Origin: Squalus acanthias
Taxonomy: Eukaryota
DNA: 64,000 bases
Direction of reading: 5' to 3'
Assembly: GCA_030390025.1 (NCBI GenBank)
Contig: JASTWF010000353.1
Span: forward strand, 186,001 to 250,000
Positions 15,001 through 30,000 of this stretch are shown here, in pieces. Every line of letters starts with the position of its first letter. Positions within the stretch are counted from its first letter, which is position 1. The position numbers were made by a program, and so were the translations under genes. The notes beneath the pieces were generated by a model. It was not told the origin of the DNA, searched no databases, and saw nothing but the letters and a program-made list of their open reading frames with translations.

Positions 15001-18000
15001 GAGATACTGGGACAGACTGTGAGATACTGGGACAGACTGTGAGATACTGGGACAGACTGTGAGATACTGGGACAGACTGTGAGATACTGGGACAGACTGT
15101 GAGATACTGGGACAGACTGTGAGATACTGGGACAGACTGTGAGATACTGGGACAGACTGTGAGATACTGGGACAGACTGTGAGATACTGGGACAGACTGT
15201 GAGATACTGGGACAGACTGTGAGATACTGGGACAGACTGTGAGATACTGGGACAGACTGTGAGATACTGGGACAGACTGTGAGATACTGGGACAGACTGT
15301 GAGATACTGGGACAGACTGTGAGATACTGGGACAGACTGTGAGATACTGGGACAGACTGTGAGATACTGGGACAGACTGTGAGATACTGGGACAGACTGT
15401 GAGATACTGGGACAGACTGTGAGATACTGGGACAGACTGTGAGATACTGGGACAGACTGTGAGATACTGGGACAGACTGTGAGATACTGGGACAGACTGT
15501 GAGATACTGGGACAGACTGTGAGATACTGGGACAGACTGTGAGATACTGGGACAGACTGTGAGATACTGGGACAGACTGTGAGATACTGGGACAGACTGT
15601 GAGATACTGGGACAGACTGTGAGATACTGGGACAGACTGTGAGATACTGGGACAGACTGTGAGATACTGGGACAGACTGTGAGATACTGGGACAGACTGT
15701 GAGATACTGGGACAGACTGTGAGATACTGGGACAGACTGTGAGATACTGGGACAGACTGTGAGATACTGGGACAGACTGTGAGATACTGGGACAGACTGT
15801 GAGATACTGGGACAGACTGTGAGATACTGGGACAGACTGTGAGATACTGGGACAGACTGTGAGATACTGGGACAGACTGTGAGATACTGGGACAGACTGT
15901 GAGATACTGGGACAGACTGTGAGATACTGGGACAGACTGTGAGATACTGGGACAGACTGTGAGATACTGGGACAGACTGTGAGATACTGGGACAGACTGT
16001 GAGATACTGGGACAGACTGTGAGATACTGGGACAGACTGTGAGATACTGGGACAGACTGTGAGATACTGGGACAGACTGTGAGATACTGGGACAGACTGT
16101 GAGATACTGGGACAGACTGTGAGATACTGGGACAGACTGTGAGATACTGGGACAGACTGTGAGATACTGGGACAGACTGTGAGATACTGGGACAGACTGT
16201 GAGATACTGGGACAGACTGTGAGATACTGGGACAGACTGTGAGATACTGGGACAGACTGTGAGATACTGGGACAGACTGTGAGATACTGGGACAGACTGT
16301 GAGATACTGGGACAGACTGTGAGATACTGGGACAGACTGTGAGATACTGGGACAGACTGTGAGATACTGGGACAGACTGTGAGATACTGGGACAGACTGT
16401 GAGATACTGGGACAGACTGTGAGATACTGGGACAGACTGTGAGATACTGGGACAGACTGTGAGATACTGGGACAGACTGTGAGATACTGGGACAGACTGT
16501 GAGATACTGGGACAGACTGTGAGATACTGGGACAGACTGTGAGATACTGGGACAGACTGTGAGATACTGGGACAGACTGTGAGATACTGGGACAGACTGT
16601 GAGATACTGGGACAGACTGTGAGATACTGGGACAGACTGTGAGATACTGGGACAGACTGTGAGATACTGGGACAGACTGTGAGATACTGGGACAGACTGT
16701 GAGATACTGGGACAGACTGTGAGATACTGGGACAGACTGTGAGATACTGGGACAGACTGTGAGATACTGGGACAGACTGTGAGATACTGGGACAGACTGT
16801 GAGATACTGGGACAGACTGTGAGATACTGGGACAGACTGTGAGATACTGGGACAGACTGTGAGATACTGGGACAGACTGTGAGATACTGGGACAGACTGT
16901 GAGATACTGGGACAGACTGTGAGATACTGGGACAGACTGTGAGATACTGGGACAGACTGTGAGATACTGGGACAGACTGTGAGATACTGGGACAGACTGT
17001 GAGATACTGGGACAGACTGTGAGATACTGGGACAGACTGTGAGATACTGGGACAGACTGTGAGATACTGGGACAGACTGTGAGATACTGGGACAGACTGT
17101 GAGATACTGGGACAGACTGTGAGATACTGGGACAGACTGTGAGATACTGGGACAGACTGTGAGATACTGGGACAGACTGTGAGATACTGGGACAGACTGT
17201 GAGATACTGGGACAGACTGTGAGATACTGGGACAGACTGTGAGATACTGGGACAGACTGTGAGATACTGGGACAGACTGTGAGATACTGGGACAGACTGT
17301 GAGATACTGGGACAGACTGTGAGATACTGGGACAGACTGTGAGATACTGGGACAGACTGTGAGATACTGGGACAGACTGTGAGATACTGGGACAGACTGT
17401 GAGATACTGGGACAGACTGTGAGATACTGGGACAGACTGTGAGATACTGGGACAGACTGTGAGATACTGGGACAGACTGTGAGATACTGGGACAGACTGT
17501 GAGATACTGGGACAGACTGTGAGATACTGGGACAGACTGTGAGATACTGGGACAGACTGTGAGATACTGGGACAGACTGTGAGATACTGGGACAGACTGT
17601 GAGATACTGGGACAGACTGTGAGATACTGGGACAGACTGTGAGATACTGGGACAGACTGTGAGATACTGGGACAGACTGTGAGATACTGGGACAGACTGT
17701 GAGATACTGGGACAGACTGTGAGATACTGGGACAGACTGTGAGATACTGGGACAGACTGTGAGATACTGGGACAGACTGTGAGATACTGGGACAGACTGT
17801 GAGATACTGGGACAGACTGTGAGATACTGGGACAGACTGTGAGATACTGGGACAGACTGTGAGATACTGGGACAGACTGTGAGATACTGGGACAGACTGT
17901 GAGATACTGGGACAGACTGTGAGATACTGGGACAGACTGTGAGATACTGGGACAGACTGTGAGATACTGGGACAGACTGTGAGATACTGGGACAGACTGT

Positions 18001-21000
18001 GAGATACTGGGACAGACTGTGAGATACTGGGACAGACTGTGAGATACTGGGACAGACTGTGAGATACTGGGACAGACTGTGAGATACTGGGACAGACTGT
18101 GAGATACTGGGACAGACTGTGAGATACTGGGACAGACTGTGAGATACTGGGACAGACTGTGAGATACTGGGACAGACTGTGAGATACTGGGACAGACTGT
18201 GAGATACTGGGACAGACTGTGAGATACTGGGACAGACTGTGAGATACTGGGACAGACTGTGAGATACTGGGACAGACTGTGAGATACTGGGACAGACTGT
18301 GAGATACTGGGACAGACTGTGAGATACTGGGACAGACTGTGAGATACTGGGACAGACTGTGAGATACTGGGACAGACTGTGAGATACTGGGACAGACTGT
18401 GAGATACTGGGACAGACTGTGAGATACTGGGACAGACTGTGAGATACTGGGACAGACTGTGAGATACTGGGACAGACTGTGAGATACTGGGACAGACTGT
18501 GAGATACTGGGACAGACTGTGAGATACTGGGACAGACTGTGAGATACTGGGACAGACTGTGAGATACTGGGACAGACTGTGAGATACTGGGACAGACTGT
18601 GAGATACTGGGACAGACTGTGAGATACTGGGACAGACTGTGAGATACTGGGACAGACTGTGAGATACTGGGACAGACTGTGAGATACTGGGACAGACTGT
18701 GAGATACTGGGACAGACTGTGAGATACTGGGACAGACTGTGAGATACTGGGACAGACTGTGAGATACTGGGACAGACTGTGAGATACTGGGACAGACTGT
18801 GAGATACTGGGACAGACTGTGAGATACTGGGACAGACTGTGAGATACTGGGACAGACTGTGAGATACTGGGACAGACTGTGAGATACTGGGACAGACTGT
18901 GAGATACTGGGACAGACTGTGAGATACTGGGACAGACTGTGAGATACTGGGACAGACTGTGAGATACTGGGACAGACTGTGAGATACTGGGACAGACTGT
19001 GAGATACTGGGACAGACTGTGAGATACTGGGACAGACTGTGAGATACTGGGACAGACTGTGAGATACTGGGACAGACTGTGAGATACTGGGACAGACTGT
19101 GAGATACTGGGACAGACTGTGAGATACTGGGACAGACTGTGAGATACTGGGACAGACTGTGAGATACTGGGACAGACTGTGAGATACTGGGACAGACTGT
19201 GAGATACTGGGACAGACTGTGAGATACTGGGACAGACTGTGAGATACTGGGACAGACTGTGAGATACTGGGACAGACTGTGAGATACTGGGACAGACTGT
19301 GAGATACTGGGACAGACTGTGAGATACTGGGACAGACTGTGAGATACTGGGACAGACTGTGAGATACTGGGACAGACTGTGAGATACTGGGACAGACTGT
19401 GAGATACTGGGACAGACTGTGAGATACTGGGACAGACTGTGAGATACTGGGACAGACTGTGAGATACTGGGACAGACTGTGAGATACTGGGACAGACTGT
19501 GAGATACTGGGACAGACTGTGAGATACTGGGACAGACTGTGAGATACTGGGACAGACTGTGAGATACTGGGACAGACTGTGAGATACTGGGACAGACTGT
19601 GAGATACTGGGACAGACTGTGAGATACTGGGACAGACTGTGAGATACTGGGACAGACTGTGAGATACTGGGACAGACTGTGAGATACTGGGACAGACTGT
19701 GAGATACTGGGACAGACTGTGAGATACTGGGACAGACTGTGAGATACTGGGACAGACTGTGAGATACTGGGACAGACTGTGAGATACTGGGACAGACTGT
19801 GAGATACTGGGACAGACTGTGAGATACTGGGACAGACTGTGAGATACTGGGACAGACTGTGAGATACTGGGACAGACTGTGAGATACTGGGACAGACTGT
19901 GAGATACTGGGACAGACTGTGAGATACTGGGACAGACTGTGAGATACTGGGACAGACTGTGAGATACTGGGACAGACTGTGAGATACTGGGACAGACTGT
20001 GAGATACTGGGACAGACTGTGAGATACTGGGACAGACTGTGAGATACTGGGACAGACTGTGAGATACTGGGACAGACTGTGAGATACTGGGACAGACTGT
20101 GAGATACTGGGACAGACTGTGAGATACTGGGACAGACTGTGAGATACTGGGACAGACTGTGAGATACTGGGACAGACTGTGAGATACTGGGACAGACTGT
20201 GAGATACTGGGACAGACTGTGAGATACTGGGACAGACTGTGAGATACTGGGACAGACTGTGAGATACTGGGACAGACTGTGAGATACTGGGACAGACTGT
20301 GAGATACTGGGACAGACTGTGAGATACTGGGACAGACTGTGAGATACTGGGACAGACTGTGAGATACTGGGACAGACTGTGAGATACTGGGACAGACTGT
20401 GAGATACTGGGACAGACTGTGAGATACTGGGACAGACTGTGAGATACTGGGACAGACTGTGAGATACTGGGACAGACTGTGAGATACTGGGACAGACTGT
20501 GAGATACTGGGACAGACTGTGAGATACTGGGACAGACTGTGAGATACTGGGACAGACTGTGAGATACTGGGACAGACTGTGAGATACTGGGACAGACTGT
20601 GAGATACTGGGACAGACTGTGAGATACTGGGACAGACTGTGAGATACTGGGACAGACTGTGAGATACTGGGACAGACTGTGAGATACTGGGACAGACTGT
20701 GAGATACTGGGACAGACTGTGAGATACTGGGACAGACTGTGAGATACTGGGACAGACTGTGAGATACTGGGACAGACTGTGAGATACTGGGACAGACTGT
20801 GAGATACTGGGACAGACTGTGAGATACTGGGACAGACTGTGAGATACTGGGACAGACTGTGAGATACTGGGACAGACTGTGAGATACTGGGACAGACTGT
20901 GAGATACTGGGACAGACTGTGAGATACTGGGACAGACTGTGAGATACTGGGACAGACTGTGAGATACTGGGACAGACTGTGAGATACTGGGACAGACTGT

Positions 21001-24000
21001 GAGATACTGGGACAGACTGTGAGATACTGGGACAGACTGTGAGATACTGGGACAGACTGTGAGATACTGGGACAGACTGTGAGATACTGGGACAGACTGT
21101 GAGATACTGGGACAGACTGTGAGATACTGGGACAGACTGTGAGATACTGGGACAGACTGTGAGATACTGGGACAGACTGTGAGATACTGGGACAGACTGT
21201 GAGATACTGGGACAGACTGTGAGATACTGGGACAGACTGTGAGATACTGGGACAGACTGTGAGATACTGGGACAGACTGTGAGATACTGGGACAGACTGT
21301 GAGATACTGGGACAGACTGTGAGATACTGGGACAGACTGTGAGATACTGGGACAGACTGTGAGATACTGGGACAGACTGTGAGATACTGGGACAGACTGT
21401 GAGATACTGGGACAGACTGTGAGATACTGGGACAGACTGTGAGATACTGGGACAGACTGTGAGATACTGGGACAGACTGTGAGATACTGGGACAGACTGT
21501 GAGATACTGGGACAGACTGTGAGATACTGGGACAGACTGTGAGATACTGGGACAGACTGTGAGATACTGGGACAGACTGTGAGATACTGGGACAGACTGT
21601 GAGATACTGGGACAGACTGTGAGATACTGGGACAGACTGTGAGATACTGGGACAGACTGTGAGATACTGGGACAGACTGTGAGATACTGGGACAGACTGT
21701 GAGATACTGGGACAGACTGTGAGATACTGGGACAGACTGTGAGATACTGGGACAGACTGTGAGATACTGGGACAGACTGTGAGATACTGGGACAGACTGT
21801 GAGATACTGGGACAGACTGTGAGATACTGGGACAGACTGTGAGATACTGGGACAGACTGTGAGATACTGGGACAGACTGTGAGATACTGGGACAGACTGT
21901 GAGATACTGGGACAGACTGTGAGATACTGGGACAGACTGTGAGATACTGGGACAGACTGTGAGATACTGGGACAGACTGTGAGATACTGGGACAGACTGT
22001 GAGATACTGGGACAGACTGTGAGATACTGGGACAGACTGTGAGATACTGGGACAGACTGTGAGATACTGGGACAGACTGTGAGATACTGGGACAGACTGT
22101 GAGATACTGGGACAGACTGTGAGATACTGGGACAGACTGTGAGATACTGGGACAGACTGTGAGATACTGGGACAGACTGTGAGATACTGGGACAGACTGT
22201 GAGATACTGGGACAGACTGTGAGATACTGGGACAGACTGTGAGATACTGGGACAGACTGTGAGATACTGGGACAGACTGTGAGATACTGGGACAGACTGT
22301 GAGATACTGGGACAGACTGTGAGATACTGGGACAGACTGTGAGATACTGGGACAGACTGTGAGATACTGGGACAGACTGTGAGATACTGGGACAGACTGT
22401 GAGATACTGGGACAGACTGTGAGATACTGGGACAGACTGTGAGATACTGGGACAGACTGTGAGATACTGGGACAGACTGTGAGATACTGGGACAGACTGT
22501 GAGATACTGGGACAGACTGTGAGATACTGGGACAGACTGTGAGATACTGGGACAGACTGTGAGATACTGGGACAGACTGTGAGATACTGGGACAGACTGT
22601 GAGATACTGGGACAGACTGTGAGATACTGGGACAGACTGTGAGATACTGGGACAGACTGTGAGATACTGGGACAGACTGTGAGATACTGGGACAGACTGT
22701 GAGATACTGGGACAGACTGTGAGATACTGGGACAGACTGTGAGATACTGGGACAGACTGTGAGATACTGGGACAGACTGTGAGATACTGGGACAGACTGT
22801 GAGATACTGGGACAGACTGTGAGATACTGGGACAGACTGTGAGATACTGGGACAGACTGTGAGATACTGGGACAGACTGTGAGATACTGGGACAGACTGT
22901 GAGATACTGGGACAGACTGTGAGATACTGGGACAGACTGTGAGATACTGGGACAGACTGTGAGATACTGGGACAGACTGTGAGATACTGGGACAGACTGT
23001 GAGATACTGGGACAGACTGTGAGATACTGGGACAGACTGTGAGATACTGGGACAGACTGTGAGATACTGGGACAGACTGTGAGATACTGGGACAGACTGT
23101 GAGATACTGGGACAGACTGTGAGATACTGGGACAGACTGTGAGATACTGGGACAGACTGTGAGATACTGGGACAGACTGTGAGATACTGGGACAGACTGT
23201 GAGATACTGGGACAGACTGTGAGATACTGGGACAGACTGTGAGATACTGGGACAGACTGTGAGATACTGGGACAGACTGTGAGATACTGGGACAGACTGT
23301 GAGATACTGGGACAGACTGTGAGATACTGGGACAGACTGTGAGATACTGGGACAGACTGTGAGATACTGGGACAGACTGTGAGATACTGGGACAGACTGT
23401 GAGATACTGGGACAGACTGTGAGATACTGGGACAGACTGTGAGATACTGGGACAGACTGTGAGATACTGGGACAGACTGTGAGATACTGGGACAGACTGT
23501 GAGATACTGGGACAGACTGTGAGATACTGGGACAGACTGTGAGATACTGGGACAGACTGTGAGATACTGGGACAGACTGTGAGATACTGGGACAGACTGT
23601 GAGATACTGGGACAGACTGTGAGATACTGGGACAGACTGTGAGATACTGGGACAGACTGTGAGATACTGGGACAGACTGTGAGATACTGGGACAGACTGT
23701 GAGATACTGGGACAGACTGTGAGATACTGGGACAGACTGTGAGATACTGGGACAGACTGTGAGATACTGGGACAGACTGTGAGATACTGGGACAGACTGT
23801 GAGATACTGGGACAGACTGTGAGATACTGGGACAGACTGTGAGATACTGGGACAGACTGTGAGATACTGGGACAGACTGTGAGATACTGGGACAGACTGT
23901 GAGATACTGGGACAGACTGTGAGATACTGGGACAGACTGTGAGATACTGGGACAGACTGTGAGATACTGGGACAGACTGTGAGATACTGGGACAGACTGT

Positions 24001-27000
24001 GAGATACTGGGACAGACTGTGAGATACTGGGACAGACTGTGAGATACTGGGACAGACTGTGAGATACTGGGACAGACTGTGAGATACTGGGACAGACTGT
24101 GAGATACTGGGACAGACTGTGAGATACTGGGACAGACTGTGAGATACTGGGACAGACTGTGAGATACTGGGACAGACTGTGAGATACTGGGACAGACTGT
24201 GAGATACTGGGACAGACTGTGAGATACTGGGACAGACTGTGAGATACTGGGACAGACTGTGAGATACTGGGACAGACTGTGAGATACTGGGACAGACTGT
24301 GAGATACTGGGACAGACTGTGAGATACTGGGACAGACTGTGAGATACTGGGACAGACTGTGAGATACTGGGACAGACTGTGAGATACTGGGACAGACTGT
24401 GAGATACTGGGACAGACTGTGAGATACTGGGACAGACTGTGAGATACTGGGACAGACTGTGAGATACTGGGACAGACTGTGAGATACTGGGACAGACTGT
24501 GAGATACTGGGACAGACTGTGAGATACTGGGACAGACTGTGAGATACTGGGACAGACTGTGAGATACTGGGACAGACTGTGAGATACTGGGACAGACTGT
24601 GAGATACTGGGACAGACTGTGAGATACTGGGACAGACTGTGAGATACTGGGACAGACTGTGAGATACTGGGACAGACTGTGAGATACTGGGACAGACTGT
24701 GAGATACTGGGACAGACTGTGAGATACTGGGACAGACTGTGAGATACTGGGACAGACTGTGAGATACTGGGACAGACTGTGAGATACTGGGACAGACTGT
24801 GAGATACTGGGACAGACTGTGAGATACTGGGACAGACTGTGAGATACTGGGACAGACTGTGAGATACTGGGACAGACTGTGAGATACTGGGACAGACTGT
24901 GAGATACTGGGACAGACTGTGAGATACTGGGACAGACTGTGAGATACTGGGACAGACTGTGAGATACTGGGACAGACTGTGAGATACTGGGACAGACTGT
25001 GAGATACTGGGACAGACTGTGAGATACTGGGACAGACTGTGAGATACTGGGACAGACTGTGAGATACTGGGACAGACTGTGAGATACTGGGACAGACTGT
25101 GAGATACTGGGACAGACTGTGAGATACTGGGACAGACTGTGAGATACTGGGACAGACTGTGAGATACTGGGACAGACTGTGAGATACTGGGACAGACTGT
25201 GAGATACTGGGACAGACTGTGAGATACTGGGACAGACTGTGAGATACTGGGACAGACTGTGAGATACTGGGACAGACTGTGAGATACTGGGACAGACTGT
25301 GAGATACTGGGACAGACTGTGAGATACTGGGACAGACTGTGAGATACTGGGACAGACTGTGAGATACTGGGACAGACTGTGAGATACTGGGACAGACTGT
25401 GAGATACTGGGACAGACTGTGAGATACTGGGACAGACTGTGAGATACTGGGACAGACTGTGAGATACTGGGACAGACTGTGAGATACTGGGACAGACTGT
25501 GAGATACTGGGACAGACTGTGAGATACTGGGACAGACTGTGAGATACTGGGACAGACTGTGAGATACTGGGACAGACTGTGAGATACTGGGACAGACTGT
25601 GAGATACTGGGACAGACTGTGAGATACTGGGACAGACTGTGAGATACTGGGACAGACTGTGAGATACTGGGACAGACTGTGAGATACTGGGACAGACTGT
25701 GAGATACTGGGACAGACTGTGAGATACTGGGACAGACTGTGAGATACTGGGACAGACTGTGAGATACTGGGACAGACTGTGAGATACTGGGACAGACTGT
25801 GAGATACTGGGACAGACTGTGAGATACTGGGACAGACTGTGAGATACTGGGACAGACTGTGAGATACTGGGACAGACTGTGAGATACTGGGACAGACTGT
25901 GAGATACTGGGACAGACTGTGAGATACTGGGACAGACTGTGAGATACTGGGACAGACTGTGAGATACTGGGACAGACTGTGAGATACTGGGACAGACTGT
26001 GAGATACTGGGACAGACTGTGAGATACTGGGACAGACTGTGAGATACTGGGACAGACTGTGAGATACTGGGACAGACTGTGAGATACTGGGACAGACTGT
26101 GAGATACTGGGACAGACTGTGAGATACTGGGACAGACTGTGAGATACTGGGACAGACTGTGAGATACTGGGACAGACTGTGAGATACTGGGACAGACTGT
26201 GAGATACTGGGACAGACTGTGAGATACTGGGACAGACTGTGAGATACTGGGACAGACTGTGAGATACTGGGACAGACTGTGAGATACTGGGACAGACTGT
26301 GAGATACTGGGACAGACTGTGAGATACTGGGACAGACTGTGAGATACTGGGACAGACTGTGAGATACTGGGACAGACTGTGAGATACTGGGACAGACTGT
26401 GAGATACTGGGACAGACTGTGAGATACTGGGACAGACTGTGAGATACTGGGACAGACTGTGAGATACTGGGACAGACTGTGAGATACTGGGACAGACTGT
26501 GAGATACTGGGACAGACTGTGAGATACTGGGACAGACTGTGAGATACTGGGACAGACTGTGAGATACTGGGACAGACTGTGAGATACTGGGACAGACTGT
26601 GAGATACTGGGACAGACTGTGAGATACTGGGACAGACTGTGAGATACTGGGACAGACTGTGAGATACTGGGACAGACTGTGAGATACTGGGACAGACTGT
26701 GAGATACTGGGACAGACTGTGAGATACTGGGACAGACTGTGAGATACTGGGACAGACTGTGAGATACTGGGACAGACTGTGAGATACTGGGACAGACTGT
26801 GAGATACTGGGACAGACTGTGAGATACTGGGACAGACTGTGAGATACTGGGACAGACTGTGAGATACTGGGACAGACTGTGAGATACTGGGACAGACTGT
26901 GAGATACTGGGACAGACTGTGAGATACTGGGACAGACTGTGAGATACTGGGACAGACTGTGAGATACTGGGACAGACTGTGAGATACTGGGACAGACTGT

Positions 27001-30000
27001 GAGATACTGGGACAGACTGTGAGATACTGGGACAGACTGTGAGATACTGGGACAGACTGTGAGATACTGGGACAGACTGTGAGATACTGGGACAGACTGT
27101 GAGATACTGGGACAGACTGTGAGATACTGGGACAGACTGTGAGATACTGGGACAGACTGTGAGATACTGGGACAGACTGTGAGATACTGGGACAGACTGT
27201 GAGATACTGGGACAGACTGTGAGATACTGGGACAGACTGTGAGATACTGGGACAGACTGTGAGATACTGGGACAGACTGTGAGATACTGGGACAGACTGT
27301 GAGATACTGGGACAGACTGTGAGATACTGGGACAGACTGTGAGATACTGGGACAGACTGTGAGATACTGGGACAGACTGTGAGATACTGGGACAGACTGT
27401 GAGATACTGGGACAGACTGTGAGATACTGGGACAGACTGTGAGATACTGGGACAGACTGTGAGATACTGGGACAGACTGTGAGATACTGGGACAGACTGT
27501 GAGATACTGGGACAGACTGTGAGATACTGGGACAGACTGTGAGATACTGGGACAGACTGTGAGATACTGGGACAGACTGTGAGATACTGGGACAGACTGT
27601 GAGATACTGGGACAGACTGTGAGATACTGGGACAGACTGTGAGATACTGGGACAGACTGTGAGATACTGGGACAGACTGTGAGATACTGGGACAGACTGT
27701 GAGATACTGGGACAGACTGTGAGATACTGGGACAGACTGTGAGATACTGGGACAGACTGTGAGATACTGGGACAGACTGTGAGATACTGGGACAGACTGT
27801 GAGATACTGGGACAGACTGTGAGATACTGGGACAGACTGTGAGATACTGGGACAGACTGTGAGATACTGGGACAGACTGTGAGATACTGGGACAGACTGT
27901 GAGATACTGGGACAGACTGTGAGATACTGGGACAGACTGTGAGATACTGGGACAGACTGTGAGATACTGGGACAGACTGTGAGATACTGGGACAGACTGT
28001 GAGATACTGGGACAGACTGTGAGATACTGGGACAGACTGTGAGATACTGGGACAGACTGTGAGATACTGGGACAGACTGTGAGATACTGGGACAGACTGT
28101 GAGATACTGGGACAGACTGTGAGATACTGGGACAGACTGTGAGATACTGGGACAGACTGTGAGATACTGGGACAGACTGTGAGATACTGGGACAGACTGT
28201 GAGATACTGGGACAGACTGTGAGATACTGGGACAGACTGTGAGATACTGGGACAGACTGTGAGATACTGGGACAGACTGTGAGATACTGGGACAGACTGT
28301 GAGATACTGGGACAGACTGTGAGATACTGGGACAGACTGTGAGATACTGGGACAGACTGTGAGATACTGGGACAGACTGTGAGATACTGGGACAGACTGT
28401 GAGATACTGGGACAGACTGTGAGATACTGGGACAGACTGTGAGATACTGGGACAGACTGTGAGATACTGGGACAGACTGTGAGATACTGGGACAGACTGT
28501 GAGATACTGGGACAGACTGTGAGATACTGGGACAGACTGTGAGATACTGGGACAGACTGTGAGATACTGGGACAGACTGTGAGATACTGGGACAGACTGT
28601 GAGATACTGGGACAGACTGTGAGATACTGGGACAGACTGTGAGATACTGGGACAGACTGTGAGATACTGGGACAGACTGTGAGATACTGGGACAGACTGT
28701 GAGATACTGGGACAGACTGTGAGATACTGGGACAGACTGTGAGATACTGGGACAGACTGTGAGATACTGGGACAGACTGTGAGATACTGGGACAGACTGT
28801 GAGATACTGGGACAGACTGTGAGATACTGGGACAGACTGTGAGATACTGGGACAGACTGTGAGATACTGGGACAGACTGTGAGATACTGGGACAGACTGT
28901 GAGATACTGGGACAGACTGTGAGATACTGGGACAGACTGTGAGATACTGGGACAGACTGTGAGATACTGGGACAGACTGTGAGATACTGGGACAGACTGT
29001 GAGATACTGGGACAGACTGTGAGATACTGGGACAGACTGTGAGATACTGGGACAGACTGTGAGATACTGGGACAGACTGTGAGATACTGGGACAGACTGT
29101 GAGATACTGGGACAGACTGTGAGATACTGGGACAGACTGTGAGATACTGGGACAGACTGTGAGATACTGGGACAGACTGTGAGATACTGGGACAGACTGT
29201 GAGATACTGGGACAGACTGTGAGATACTGGGACAGACTGTGAGATACTGGGACAGACTGTGAGATACTGGGACAGACTGTGAGATACTGGGACAGACTGT
29301 GAGATACTGGGACAGACTGTGAGATACTGGGACAGACTGTGAGATACTGGGACAGACTGTGAGATACTGGGACAGACTGTGAGATACTGGGACAGACTGT
29401 GAGATACTGGGACAGACTGTGAGATACTGGGACAGACTGTGAGATACTGGGACAGACTGTGAGATACTGGGACAGACTGTGAGATACTGGGACAGACTGT
29501 GAGATACTGGGACAGACTGTGAGATACTGGGACAGACTGTGAGATACTGGGACAGACTGTGAGATACTGGGACAGACTGTGAGATACTGGGACAGACTGT
29601 GAGATACTGGGACAGACTGTGAGATACTGGGACAGACTGTGAGATACTGGGACAGACTGTGAGATACTGGGACAGACTGTGAGATACTGGGACAGACTGT
29701 GAGATACTGGGACAGACTGTGAGATACTGGGACAGACTGTGAGATACTGGGACAGACTGTGAGATACTGGGACAGACTGTGAGATACTGGGACAGACTGT
29801 GAGATACTGGGACAGACTGTGAGATACTGGGACAGACTGTGAGATACTGGGACAGACTGTGAGATACTGGGACAGACTGTGAGATACTGGGACAGACTGT
29901 GAGATACTGGGACAGACTGTGAGATACTGGGACAGACTGTGAGATACTGGGACAGACTGTGAGATACTGGGACAGACTGTGAGATACTGGGACAGACTGT